From positions 1 to 33,535 of the IMG/VR virus record IMGVR_UViG_3300013101_000045: a DNA stretch of 33,535 nucleotides; one strand, 5' to 3'. The notes under the pieces are model-generated. The model was not told the origin of the DNA and did not search any database. It was given only the letters and a program-made list of their open reading frames with translations. This document shows, piece after piece, positions 6,395 through 15,631 of the stretch. Numbering within the stretch: the first letter of the stretch is position 1; every line of letters starts with the position of its first letter. The stretch comes from a virus. Its lineage: Duplodnaviria > Caudoviricetes. Position numbers and translations under genes: made by a program.

Positions 6395-6571
6395 ACCATG
6401 GACGAACACATCATCACAGGCGAAAACATCCAGAGCGTGAAGATCGAGCGAAACTCGCGGGGGTTCACGATCTCCGTCCGCGCCTCGTCCGTAGAGCTGG
6501 CCATGGCCATGTATGACCACGCCAAGGCCGCAACCGATCGCCGCCTCGAGGCGGAGAAGGAGTAGACCATG
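6382..6571 (+). repeat. 19-bp perfect direct repeat GGAGAAGGAGTAGACCATG (6382-6400 and 6553-6571)
   Basis: An identical RBS-stop-start junction on both sides of the 6398-6565 ORF. Confidence 0.9.
6398..6565 (+). CDS. Small hypothetical protein (55 aa, absent from the ORF track)
   Basis: MDEHIITGENIQSVKIERNSRGFTISVRASSVELAMAMYDHAKAATDRRLEAEKE with an AAGGAG RBS. Confidence 0.8.
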   Translation: MDEHIITGENIQSVKIERNSRGFTISVRASSVELAMAMYDHAKAATDRRLEAEKE

Positions 6572-7684
6572 TCTGGAAGCAATCTTGCGCGTCATGTTGA
6601 GCATTTGCCGGCGGTGGTGCAGAACAACCCTGTCGCGGCGATGCTCGCCGAGTTCACACCCCAGAAATACAACCTCGTGACCCCGGTATGCGCCATCGAC
6701 CAATTGCCACCGATGACCCGCATCTCGGTGCAGGTAGTGGTTGTCGATCCGGAAGACGACATCTACGCGATCTCAAGTGGAAAATTCGCCCTGACCAAGA
6801 ACGCCCTCAACCGCATCGCAGCGGCGGCGAACGTGAGTTGGATCCCCGAGCGGTCCGGCCAGGTCGATAACTGGAACGATCCTCGCCGCGTCAAGTATCG
6901 GGCCGTTGGGACGATCCAGGATTTCAACGGTCGCGAGAGGGTAATCTCGGGTGAGAAGGAGATTGACCTCCGAGGCGATGCGGACGACCCGGACAGTTGG
7001 GGCAAGGAGCTTGCGTCAATCATCCAGTCAGCCGAAAGGCAAAGCCGTGACCCGATGGGACAGATCAGGCAGGAGCGGCTGCACATCATCTCCTTTGCCG
7101 AGACGAAGGCGAAGCTCCGTGCCCTTCGTGAGGCTCTCGCAATCAAACAGGGGACCACGAAAGAGAAGATCTGCCGCCCCTGGGTGGTGCCGACGCTGGT
7201 CGCCGACTACGACACCTCGGACCCGGAGATCAAACGGATACTGGTTGCCCAGCGGCTTGGCGCGCAGTCCGCCCTCTACGGCGGTGGGGGTGCAGCTCAG
7301 CCCGTCGCACCGCAGCTTGCTCAGGGAGAAATTATCGACGTCGAGCCGGCCGACGAACCCGTCGACGTCACCAACGGCTTCGCCGAGGCTGCTGAGCCTA
7401 CCGAGGCTCTCGACCCGTTCGCGGACGTTTCAGGAGCCGACGAGCATCCTTTGCCGATCCCGGATGACGTGATCAGCAGCTGCCCAACCTCTGATGCGGC
7501 TCGCTACGAGAAGCTCAACTGGATCGATGTGATGGCCAAGCGCGCGATCGAGGTTTTCCCAGATCGAGCCGAGGCGGTCTTCCGGAAGCACGCGTCTGGA
7601 ATCGATTGGTTGGCGGTTTCGATCGGAGACATCGAGGCCGTCTATCACTCGATCGTGAACGACCTCAAGGGCGGCGCGTCGTGA
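6569..7684 (+). CDS. Hypothetical protein, candidate recombination / strand-annealing protein
   Basis: Globular N-domain, acidic linker (IIDVEP...) and small C-domain; heads the SbcD/SbcC module. Function is inferred from position only. Confidence 0.6.
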   Translation: MSGSNLARHVEHLPAVVQNNPVAAMLAEFTPQKYNLVTPVCAIDQLPPMTRISVQVVVVDPEDDIYAISSGKFALTKNALNRIAAAANVSWIPERSGQVDNWNDPRRVKYRAVGTIQDFNGRERVISGEKEIDLRGDADDPDSWGKELASIIQSAERQSRDPMGQIRQERLHIISFAETKAKLRALREALAIKQGTTKEKICRPWVVPTLVADYDTSDPEIKRILVAQRLGAQSALYGGGGAAQPVAPQLAQGEIIDVEPADEPVDVTNGFAEAAEPTEALDPFADVSGADEHPLPIPDDVISSCPTSDAARYEKLNWIDVMAKRAIEVFPDRAEAVFRKHASGIDWLAVSIGDIEAVYHSIVNDLKGGAS

Positions 7685-8265
7685 GAGGAGGCACGCTCAG
7701 GATTGTCCCCAAACCAACACAGGAAGAAGAAGATCGTTTCTTCGCAAAGGTTAAGAAGGGGCCAGGCTGCTGGATTTGGGCGGCTGGATGTTTTGTAAAC
7801 GGGTACGGCTGTTTCAAGGTCCAAGGTGAAAGCTATGGCGCCCATAGGGTGTCCTACGTGATCGAGCATGGCCGGATCCCCGATAAATTAATCCTCCTCC
7901 ACAGCTGTGACAACCCGAAGTGCGTAAACCCTGACCACCTGCGTGCCGGCACCCAGGCGGAGAACATTGCCGACAGAGACGCGAAAGGCAGAACCGCCAC
8001 TGGCGACCGATCAGGTCTTCGACTTCATCCGGAACGGGCAGCTCGAGGCGACCGCAATGGTTCGCGGCTCCACCCGGAGAGGCTTGTTCGTGGGGAAGAC
8101 CACCGGGACGCCAAACTCACAGAGGCCAAAGTTATCGAAATTCGGCGTCGACACGCATCCGGGGCTGCACGACCGGAGATTTCTGAGGAGTTTGGCATCC
8201 ATCCATCCCACGTCTGGCGAATCGTCAATCACAAGTGCTGGAAACACGTTGGAGGTGCAGCATGA
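7681..8265 (+). CDS. HNH homing-type endonuclease with C-terminal HTH
   Basis: CWIW..GYG..AHRVSY..LHSCDNPKCVNPDHL..GTQAEN..D; C-terminal AKLTEAKVIEIR HTH; GTGA coupling. Confidence 0.93.
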   Translation: MRGGTLRIVPKPTQEEEDRFFAKVKKGPGCWIWAAGCFVNGYGCFKVQGESYGAHRVSYVIEHGRIPDKLILLHSCDNPKCVNPDHLRAGTQAENIADRDAKGRTATGDRSGLRLHPERAARGDRNGSRLHPERLVRGEDHRDAKLTEAKVIEIRRRHASGAARPEISEEFGIHPSHVWRIVNHKCWKHVGGAA

Positions 8266-9365
8266 CCAGGATTCTCTTTGTTGGAGATCTGCATATTCGC
8301 GAGGGCGACCACCTGGATGACGTTGAGCACTGTCTCAACTTCGTCACAGGCCTTGCTTACGACCTAGAAGTCGATGCCGTGATCCAGGTCGGCGACGTGT
8401 TTGAGAAGTCCAGCAACCCACACGAGCGGCTCGTCTTCGGGGAGTGGTTGAGGAGCCTGGAGGCTCTTCCAGTTCACGTCGTCCGCGGCAACCACGATGC
8501 GAAGGATGATTTGCGGATTTTCGAGGGCTACCCGAACGCAACTGTCTACCAACAGCCGATGGTCCAGCAGGTTGGCAACGTCGATGTCATGTTCCTGCCG
8601 TGGCCGGAGAAGGCGTGGATCGCCGCCCTTGGAATTACTGGGGAGCAGGGAGACCAATCTGGATCCGCGGCGCTGAACGACCTAATCCGTCTCACGGCGG
8701 CGACTCGTGATGACCTCAGCCGGCCTCTGCTGATCGCCGGGCATCTGACCGTTTCCGGTGCTGAGATGTCCACCGGTCAGCCTCTGATTGGGAAATGTGT
8801 CGAGGCCGCACTTCCTGTGCTCGAAGAGACCGGCGCCGCGTTTGTTGGGTTGGGGCACATACACAAGCCGCAGTCGATGAACGAACAGACCCATTACATC
8901 GGATCGCTCACTATTCACGACTTCGGCGAGCAAGGCGAAGAAAAGCGGGTCGCCATAGTCGATATCGCCGACGAGGCCGCATCTTGGGAGTTTGTGCCGG
9001 TCCCGACCCGAACGTGGATCACGGTTGAAGCGTCTATCGACCAAGAACACACGGGCGACATCTCACCCATAAAGTGTCCTGCTCCCCCTTGTGTGGATCT
9101 TGGGGATTATAACGTCCGATTCCGTTACCGATGCACCGCAGAAGAGGCCCACCTCTTCGACCACGCGACGATCGAGGATATCTACGCATCCGCCCACACA
9201 CTGAAGATCGTGCCAGAAATCGAGCGCACTGAGCGCGTCCGGGCCGCCGAGGTCGCCGAAGCGAAAACCCTCGCTGAGAAGCTCGCCGCCTGGGGCCAGG
9301 CCACTGACACATCAATCCCTGAGAGTGCCGTCGAGAAGCTCGGCGAACTCCAAGAAGCTATTTAG
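8262..9365 (+). CDS. sbcD: SbcD/Mre11-like metallophosphoesterase nuclease
   Basis: GDLH, GDVFE, RGNHD, AGH and GLGHIHKPQ motifs. Confidence 0.92.
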   Translation: MTRILFVGDLHIREGDHLDDVEHCLNFVTGLAYDLEVDAVIQVGDVFEKSSNPHERLVFGEWLRSLEALPVHVVRGNHDAKDDLRIFEGYPNATVYQQPMVQQVGNVDVMFLPWPEKAWIAALGITGEQGDQSGSAALNDLIRLTAATRDDLSRPLLIAGHLTVSGAEMSTGQPLIGKCVEAALPVLEETGAAFVGLGHIHKPQSMNEQTHYIGSLTIHDFGEQGEEKRVAIVDIADEAASWEFVPVPTRTWITVEASIDQEHTGDISPIKCPAPPCVDLGDYNVRFRYRCTAEEAHLFDHATIEDIYASAHTLKIVPEIERTERVRAAEVAEAKTLAEKLAAWGQATDTSIPESAVEKLGELQEAI

Positions 9366-9374
9366 GAGGAGAGA

Positions 9375-9671
9375 ATGAGCGAAAACGTTATCAACCTAGA
9401 CCCCGAACATCTCGACCCCTTGATCAGCCATCTCGACAACATCACAGCCATCTCCGCCACGGCCGCCGAACATCGGGAGATCGTCCGCCTGAACCGCCTG
9501 CTCATCGCGGTCGAAGCCGACAAGGCCGAGACGATGAGGGCGTACGGGGACAAAATCAAAGAGATCAAAATGCAAATCAAGCTCCAATTGGACGAAATCG
9601 ACGATCACGGAGCATCCCCCCGTCTGCCCTTCGGTGACGAGCCGGAACAGCAGGACACGGCCGCAATCTGA
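9375..9671 (+). CDS. Hypothetical coiled-coil protein
   Basis: AGGAG RBS; helical sequence; TGATG coupling to the next gene. Confidence 0.7.
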   Translation: MSENVINLDPEHLDPLISHLDNITAISATAAEHREIVRLNRLLIAVEADKAETMRAYGDKIKEIKMQIKLQLDEIDDHGASPRLPFGDEPEQQDTAAI

Positions 9672-9943
9672 TGGCCAAACCGAAGAGAGGCAAGTGTCGG
9701 AGCTGCGGCGCCCGGATCATGTGGGTGAAGACGGTCAAGGGCAGCCTGATGCCCGTCAACATCGAACCGCACATCTGCGCCTTTCAGGTGCCTGGCGAGT
9801 TCTGGCGAGAGCCAATGGAAAAGCCGGTCATCGTCTTCCGCGACCAGCTCGCCGTGGTGGTGAGAAACAATGAGGAGTTTACCGCTCACACCTGCCACTT
9901 CGACACCTGCCCCAACGCCGACCAATACCGCAAAAGCACCTGA
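9671..9943 (+). CDS. Small Zn-binding phage protein
   Basis: CRSCGARIMWVKT...HFDTCP (CxxC/HxxxC). Confidence 0.8.
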   Translation: MAKPKRGKCRSCGARIMWVKTVKGSLMPVNIEPHICAFQVPGEFWREPMEKPVIVFRDQLAVVVRNNEEFTAHTCHFDTCPNADQYRKST

Positions 9944-9960
9944 CACGGGAGGAGAATCGC

Positions 9961-12204
9961 ATGAGAGTCAACAAGATCACAATGAAGGGGATCACTCGAT
10001 TCGACGACGAGGTTGTCCTTGATTTCGACAGTCTCGGCCCGGGGCTCGTTGCCCTAGCTGGCAAGAACGGCGCCGGGAAGACTACTTGTCTCGAAGCAGC
10101 GTTTGCCGGACTTCATCTGGAGTATCCAACCCGTCCGGGGCCGCTTCACCAAGTCTGCCACGGCAAGGACGCCCGGATTGAACTGGAACTTCATAACGGC
10201 GCGCCCCTCCGGGCGGTTGTCGCCGTTGATGCCGTTCTCAAGACGCCGAAGACTGAGGCTTTCCTCTTCAATGGCGACGGCTCGGAACCCATCACCGACG
10301 GCAAGGTCGGCAGCTACCGGGATGCCATTGTCGAGCGGTTCGGGTCCCCCCGGCTGATGCTTTCGGCCGCGCTCTCCTGTCAGAACCGCCGCGGCGAGTT
10401 CCTCTCTCTGTCGAAGGCCGATCGGAAAGATTTGTTAGCGGAAATTTTGGACACTGGGGGCCTCCAGGACATTGCCACGGCTGCCCGTGAAAGCGCAAAG
10501 GCCCTCGAGGTCGAGATCACCGCGGCACAAGCCCGGGTGGACGCGGCCATGGAAGAACTCGACCGCCTGAAGTTCGAGGACACCGACGCCGATGACCTGC
10601 GAACCCAGAAGGAGCGACTCGAGGTGCGGATTGCCGAGGACCGCGAGGCGCTTGAAGAGTTCCGAGAGAAGCACGGCCGGATCAAGGCCGAGCTTGACGC
10701 GCTCGCAGGCATCTCCAAGGAGCTTGAATCCCTCGACGAGAAGAAGAAAAAGGTGGTCTTGACCATCAATGAGATTCCCAATCAGAGGACGAAGGCGGAG
10801 TCGAAGCTCCACGAAGCCGAGAAGACCCTCAAAAACGCCAGTTTCGCCGCCGAGGCGGAGGCCTCCAGGTTGCCCGAATATGAAGAGGCGGGGAAATCCC
10901 TCGAGGGTCTCCGCGAAGAGGAGCAGGTTCTCCACGCGAAACGCGACGAAGCGAACGAACTGCTTCGCGAACGGCAGGAAAAGGAACGGGCGGACAAGGA
11001 ACGCCAGGCTCAGCTTCAACGGCTCCGTGATCGGCTGGCTGCCCTCGAAAAAGCTACCGATATTTTGCCGACCGTCCCGTGCTCCGGAGCGTCCGAGTTC
11101 GCCGGCTGCCGATTCCTCGTCGACGCGAAACAAGCGGAGGGGCAGATCCCCGATCTGTTGAAGCAGATCGCGGAGCTTGACTCTCAAGTCGAGGGACAGA
11201 CCATGGAGTGGGGCGTTCAGGAGGCCGAGATCGCCGTCCAGGAGGCCGCCGGCGCGATCAATACTGCACGAACCAAGCTCGACTACACGGCGTCCCTGGC
11301 GGCTCTCGCCGCACCTGCCCGTCTGGCAATCGAGCGTATAGGGGACGCGCAAATCGCCCTAACCAAGGCGCAAGAGGAGCACTTCGAGCGTGTGGCCGAG
11401 ATCGACAAACGGGACCACGAAACGAACGAAGAACTCGCCGGTGTTCGACAAAAAATTCACGAATTCCAAACGAAGATCGAATTTGCTGGCGACTCTCGCA
11501 AGACTCTCGAAGCGATCACCGCAGAAGGCCAGATCCTCAAAACTAAGACTGAAAACGACGCGACCGCCCTCTCCGACGTCATCCGTGCCATCGCCAAGGC
11601 TGAGGAGGTCGCCAAGCGTCGCGAGCATCTCGATGCAACCATCGAGGAGCACGGTGCCAAAGCCCGGAAATACGGCAACAGCCTGGCCGATTGGAAACTT
11701 CTCGAGCGCGCCTTCGGTCGCGACGGGATCCAGGCCCTCGAGATCGATGCCGCGGGCCCTGACCTCTCACGCCTGACGAATGACCTTCTTCACGCCTGTT
11801 TCGGCGAGAGGTTCCAGGTCACGTTCGTCACGCAGGTGCCGACACGCGCCGGCGGAATGAAGGAGGTCTTTGACGTTGAGGTCCTCGACCACGAACGCGG
11901 CCGTGAGGGGTCTGTCGATTCCCTTTCCGGCGGAGAGAAGACCATCATCTCCGAGGCCATCTCGCTCGCGTTGGCAATCTACGTCGCGAAGCACTCAGAT
12001 CACCGGTTTGAAACGCTCTTCCGCGATGAGACGGCCGGCGCCCTGGATCCGGACAACGCGGACCGATACGTCCTGATGCTGCGGAAGGCGCGCGAACTTG
12101 CCGGCGCCCACCAGGTGATTTTCATTGCTCAACAGCCCGAGGTTTGGGGACAGGCCGACTCGGTCCTGTGGCTCGAAGGCGGTCGGGCAGAGGTTAGGGA
12201 GTAG
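9961..12204 (+). CDS. sbcC: SbcC/Rad50-like SMC ATPase
   Basis: Walker A GKNGAGKT, long coiled coil with a central Cys pair, signature LSGGE, Walker B LFRDE and D-loop GALD. Confidence 0.95.
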   Translation: MRVNKITMKGITRFDDEVVLDFDSLGPGLVALAGKNGAGKTTCLEAAFAGLHLEYPTRPGPLHQVCHGKDARIELELHNGAPLRAVVAVDAVLKTPKTEAFLFNGDGSEPITDGKVGSYRDAIVERFGSPRLMLSAALSCQNRRGEFLSLSKADRKDLLAEILDTGGLQDIATAARESAKALEVEITAAQARVDAAMEELDRLKFEDTDADDLRTQKERLEVRIAEDREALEEFREKHGRIKAELDALAGISKELESLDEKKKKVVLTINEIPNQRTKAESKLHEAEKTLKNASFAAEAEASRLPEYEEAGKSLEGLREEEQVLHAKRDEANELLRERQEKERADKERQAQLQRLRDRLAALEKATDILPTVPCSGASEFAGCRFLVDAKQAEGQIPDLLKQIAELDSQVEGQTMEWGVQEAEIAVQEAAGAINTARTKLDYTASLAALAAPARLAIERIGDAQIALTKAQEEHFERVAEIDKRDHETNEELAGVRQKIHEFQTKIEFAGDSRKTLEAITAEGQILKTKTENDATALSDVIRAIAKAEEVAKRREHLDATIEEHGAKARKYGNSLADWKLLERAFGRDGIQALEIDAAGPDLSRLTNDLLHACFGERFQVTFVTQVPTRAGGMKEVFDVEVLDHERGREGSVDSLSGGEKTIISEAISLALAIYVAKHSDHRFETLFRDETAGALDPDNADRYVLMLRKARELAGAHQVIFIAQQPEVWGQADSVLWLEGGRAEVRE

Positions 12205-12206
12205 TC

Positions 12207-12407
12207 ATGGCAGACCTGAAATCGAATGAATGGTGGGTGCTGGTTCATCCGTCCGGCCGCATTTGGCCCGGGTCAGGCGAACTCACGAAGGGCTGTCTCA
12301 TCAACGCCCTAAACAGGCGGTATGAGGCCGGGGCCTATCAACGGTTCCGTCGCCGTGGTTACCGCCCGGCCGTCGCCCAGATATCCGTTGTGAGGGTGGG
12401 GCGATGA
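12207..12407 (+). CDS. Small hypothetical protein
   Basis: GGGAG RBS; ATGA coupling downstream. Confidence 0.6.
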   Translation: MADLKSNEWWVLVHPSGRIWPGSGELTKGCLINALNRRYEAGAYQRFRRRGYRPAVAQISVVRVGR

Positions 12408-13399
12408 GCGACACGAAAATCGAATGGACCGAGAAGACATGGAATCCAGTCATCGGCTGCAGCAAGGTTTCGGCCGGCTGCGCCAACTGCTACGCATTGC
12501 GTATGGCCGCCCGGATGGCTTCGAATCCAGCGACACCTCAGTACCAGGGGGTGGCTGAGTTCGGGCAGAGTGGGCCACGCTGGCTCTCGGTGAAGTGCCT
12601 GCCGGAGAAGCTTGCCGAACCGCTCAAGCGACGGAAGCCGACGATGTATTTCGTGAATTCGATGTCGGATCTCTTCCATGAGGATGTGCCGGATGATTTC
12701 ATCACGGCTGTTTGGAATGTGATGCGGAAGTGCCCCCAGCATACGTTTCAGATTCTAACCAAACGGCCGGAGCGGATGGCGTCGATCGTACAAAGGTTGC
12801 GATTCGACAACCGTGAAGGTGGGCGAGTTTTCATGGCCGCAAATGCGGACGACCCTGAGTCTGGGTGGTCTTTGGGTGTTGGGCACCTCGGTTGCTCTGG
12901 GTTGGTAAACGTCTGGCTCGGCGTTTCGGTTGAGGACCAGGCGGCGGCTGATGAGCGGGTACCGTACCTGCTCAACTGCCCGGCGGCGGTGCGGTTTGTG
13001 AGTTGTGAGCCTTTGTTGGGGGCGGTCAATCTGAGAGAGATGGCATGGCAGGACGACTGGTCGATAAATTCGCTCGATACACCAGATCCATCATGCAGGG
13101 TTCACTGGGTCATCGTCGGCGGAGAGTCCGGCCCCAAGGCCCGACCGATGCACCCTGGGTGGGCGCGGTCGATTGGGGATCAGTGCCAGGAGGCTGGAGT
13201 TCCGTTTTTCTTCAAGCAGTGGGGCGCATTTTGCGCTCCGAGCCAGATGCCTGCTGATATTTTCCGTGCATGGGATCACGATCACGGAACTGAGTGCTGG
13301 GACGGGGATGATCCGACACCGTGGTGTGTCGGCAAGAAAGCCGCCGGACGCCTCCTTGATGGTCGAGAGTGGAATGAGACGCCGGGAGGTGCGGGATGA
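12404..13399 (+). CDS. Phage Gp37/Gp68 (DUF5131) radical-SAM-like protein
   Basis: TKIEWTEKTWNPVIGCSKVSAGCANCYA, FVNSMSDLFH, FQILTKRP, FVSCEPLLG, WVIVGGESG and FFFKQWG. Confidence 0.93.
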   Translation: MSDTKIEWTEKTWNPVIGCSKVSAGCANCYALRMAARMASNPATPQYQGVAEFGQSGPRWLSVKCLPEKLAEPLKRRKPTMYFVNSMSDLFHEDVPDDFITAVWNVMRKCPQHTFQILTKRPERMASIVQRLRFDNREGGRVFMAANADDPESGWSLGVGHLGCSGLVNVWLGVSVEDQAAADERVPYLLNCPAAVRFVSCEPLLGAVNLREMAWQDDWSINSLDTPDPSCRVHWVIVGGESGPKARPMHPGWARSIGDQCQEAGVPFFFKQWGAFCAPSQMPADIFRAWDHDHGTECWDGDDPTPWCVGKKAAGRLLDGREWNETPGGAG

Positions 13400-13414
13400 G
13401 TTTGGGGTGGTGTA

Positions 13415-14269
13415 ATGTCTCTTAGTTGGCCTCTTTTGAGTCGCGCTAGGAACCATGGGGTAATGGAGCCAGACTTTACTAACGAAACCGGGAAGCTAAT
13501 ACCAGAGAAGCGTCCACGTTGTTATGATATTCAAGAATCAGGCATAGCCCCAATTCATCTACCAACCATTAAGAGGCCATGGTTTCGTGTTCCAGACTCC
13601 CAATGGTGTGGTTCTGGAGTTAAGCCGCCGTTCAAGTTGTGCTGGCATGAGTTCGAAATTGATTTTGAAACAAAAGAGCACGGCCGACAGAATGGTTTTT
13701 GTGCTGTATACACTATTTCGGGTGATGATTTTGGTTTTTTTTATGTGATTGCTGCAGCTGCTGATCGAACACGTAAATACCCATTGACGGTCTGTGGTTT
13801 GGCTAGGGTTGACTTTAATCTTTGTAATAATGGAATAACAGAATCCATTGAATTGATGTATGTCGAGGAGGCAGGTGGAAACACCAGTAAAGAAATAACA
13901 CTGGGTGCCGTTGATAATGCCGCAAAGCTCGTATGTTTCACATGGAGGGTTATCTCTTGCTCAAACGTCGAACTAGTAGAAACCCACCCATCAACACGGG
14001 CACCAAAGAAACGCAAAGACCCGTCCCGAGTTGTCTACCGAGAACTTAAAATCAACCCGCCGCCATTCCGAACCAAGTCAAAACTAAATGAAGACCCGGA
14101 ACACGGGGTAGCTCTGCACGTCCGGCGAGGACACTTTGCGGACTACACCAAGGGCGCGGGCCTATTTGGAAAACACAAGGTCCGAGTATGGGTTCCTGGT
14201 CACACGGTTGGAGACCAGGACTACGGGACAATTTTGAAATCATACAGCGTAGGTGATCAAAATGCCTAA
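13415..14269 (+). CDS. Hypothetical protein with a C-terminal HxRRGH motif; AT-rich 5' part
   Basis: 284-aa ORF (start may be the ATG near 13463); C-terminal LHVRRGHF...WVPGHTVGD; visibly more AT-rich than its neighbours. Confidence 0.75.
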   Translation: MSLSWPLLSRARNHGVMEPDFTNETGKLIPEKRPRCYDIQESGIAPIHLPTIKRPWFRVPDSQWCGSGVKPPFKLCWHEFEIDFETKEHGRQNGFCAVYTISGDDFGFFYVIAAAADRTRKYPLTVCGLARVDFNLCNNGITESIELMYVEEAGGNTSKEITLGAVDNAAKLVCFTWRVISCSNVELVETHPSTRAPKKRKDPSRVVYRELKINPPPFRTKSKLNEDPEHGVALHVRRGHFADYTKGAGLFGKHKVRVWVPGHTVGDQDYGTILKSYSVGDQNA

Positions 14270-15623
14270 GCTCCGCCCCTATCAGCGCGAAGGCGTCGAG
14301 TGGCTGCGCCACATGATCAAGGCGCTTCTTGTTGACGATCAAGGCCTGGGGAAGACCCCGCAGGCCCTGTGCTCGCTCCCGCAGTGTGGCCGCGCCCTTG
14401 TGGTCGCTCCGGCCGTTGTGAAGAGTCTGTGGGCCGCTGAGGCGCGAATATGGCGCCCGGATTACCACCCGACCATCCTCAGCGGCGGCGGATCATTCCG
14501 ATGGCCGGAGCCCGGCGAACTCGTAATCACGAACTACGAGATTCTTCCCCCGTGTTCGCGCGAGGTTACCGCCCGCCGAAAGAAGGGGCAAAAGAGCGAC
14601 CTCCTGAACGAACTCCAGCGCCAGGCAAAAGCCCTGCCACAGCCTCCGGACGGCGTGGTCCTCGTCGCGGATGAGGCCCATCGTCTCGGCAAAAATAAGA
14701 CCTACCAAACGCTCCGCTTTCGGAACCTTCGGACGAAAGTGCTCCGCCGTGACGGCAGGTGTTGGGGGCTCACTGGCACGCCGCTCCTCAACCGCCCGCT
14801 CGACCTCTGGAATCTGGTCACCAGCATCGGGGCTCAGAAGGAGTTCGGATCCTATCCATGGTTCTGTCGCGCATTCAATTCCACAGAGGGGGATTGGGGA
14901 CTGGAATGGGGGAAACCTAACCTAGATATGCTCATACCGGCCCTCAAACGCATCGCGAAACGCCGGCGAAAAGCCGACGTTCTCCCCGAACTCCCGCCGA
15001 AGACCTACAGAACCATCCCGGTCGACCTGGGGGACGAGGCGCGCAAGCTCGCGGACGCCGCAATCGAAGCCCTCGCCGCTGCCGGCATCGACCTCGAAAC
15101 CGCCACCGCCCAGGCCCTTGAGATCGCCGCAGGCCGTGTCGGATTTACCGAATTGAGCCGCGCTATGACGGCACTCGCGAAGGCGAAGACAGATGCCGCC
15201 ATCGCGCTCGTCGAGGACTTCGAGGCGCAGGGAGAGCCCGTTGTAGTGCTCTCGGACCACCGGTACCCGGTGGAGACGATCGCGAGCCGAAAGGGGTGGG
15301 AGGCGATCCATGGGGGCGTTCCATCTTCGAAGCGTGGCGAGATCGTTGAGCGGTTCCAGGCCGGTGAGTATCGCGGCCTCGCGATGACCACCGCGGTCGC
15401 GATCGGGATCACTCTCACGCGATCGTGTCACGTCCTCCGGATTGATCGGAATTGGGTTCAAGCCCTCAACCTCCAGGCCGAGGATCGCCTTCATCGTTTC
15501 GGCCAAAAAAGAGGCGTAATTATCACCGACCTCGTCGCAGACCACTACCTCGATGAGAGGGTTGACGATGTCCTCAAACAGAAGACAGAACTCGCGTCGG
15601 TCATCGACGGGATCGCAGGATAG
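14262..15623 (+). CDS. SNF2-family DEAH helicase
   Basis: LRPYQ, DDQGLGKT, ADEAH, LTGTP, GITLT and QAEDRLHRFGQ. Confidence 0.95.
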   Translation: MPKLRPYQREGVEWLRHMIKALLVDDQGLGKTPQALCSLPQCGRALVVAPAVVKSLWAAEARIWRPDYHPTILSGGGSFRWPEPGELVITNYEILPPCSREVTARRKKGQKSDLLNELQRQAKALPQPPDGVVLVADEAHRLGKNKTYQTLRFRNLRTKVLRRDGRCWGLTGTPLLNRPLDLWNLVTSIGAQKEFGSYPWFCRAFNSTEGDWGLEWGKPNLDMLIPALKRIAKRRRKADVLPELPPKTYRTIPVDLGDEARKLADAAIEALAAAGIDLETATAQALEIAAGRVGFTELSRAMTALAKAKTDAAIALVEDFEAQGEPVVVLSDHRYPVETIASRKGWEAIHGGVPSSKRGEIVERFQAGEYRGLAMTTAVAIGITLTRSCHVLRIDRNWVQALNLQAEDRLHRFGQKRGVIITDLVADHYLDERVDDVLKQKTELASVIDGIAG

Positions 15624-15631
15624 GGGATCGA

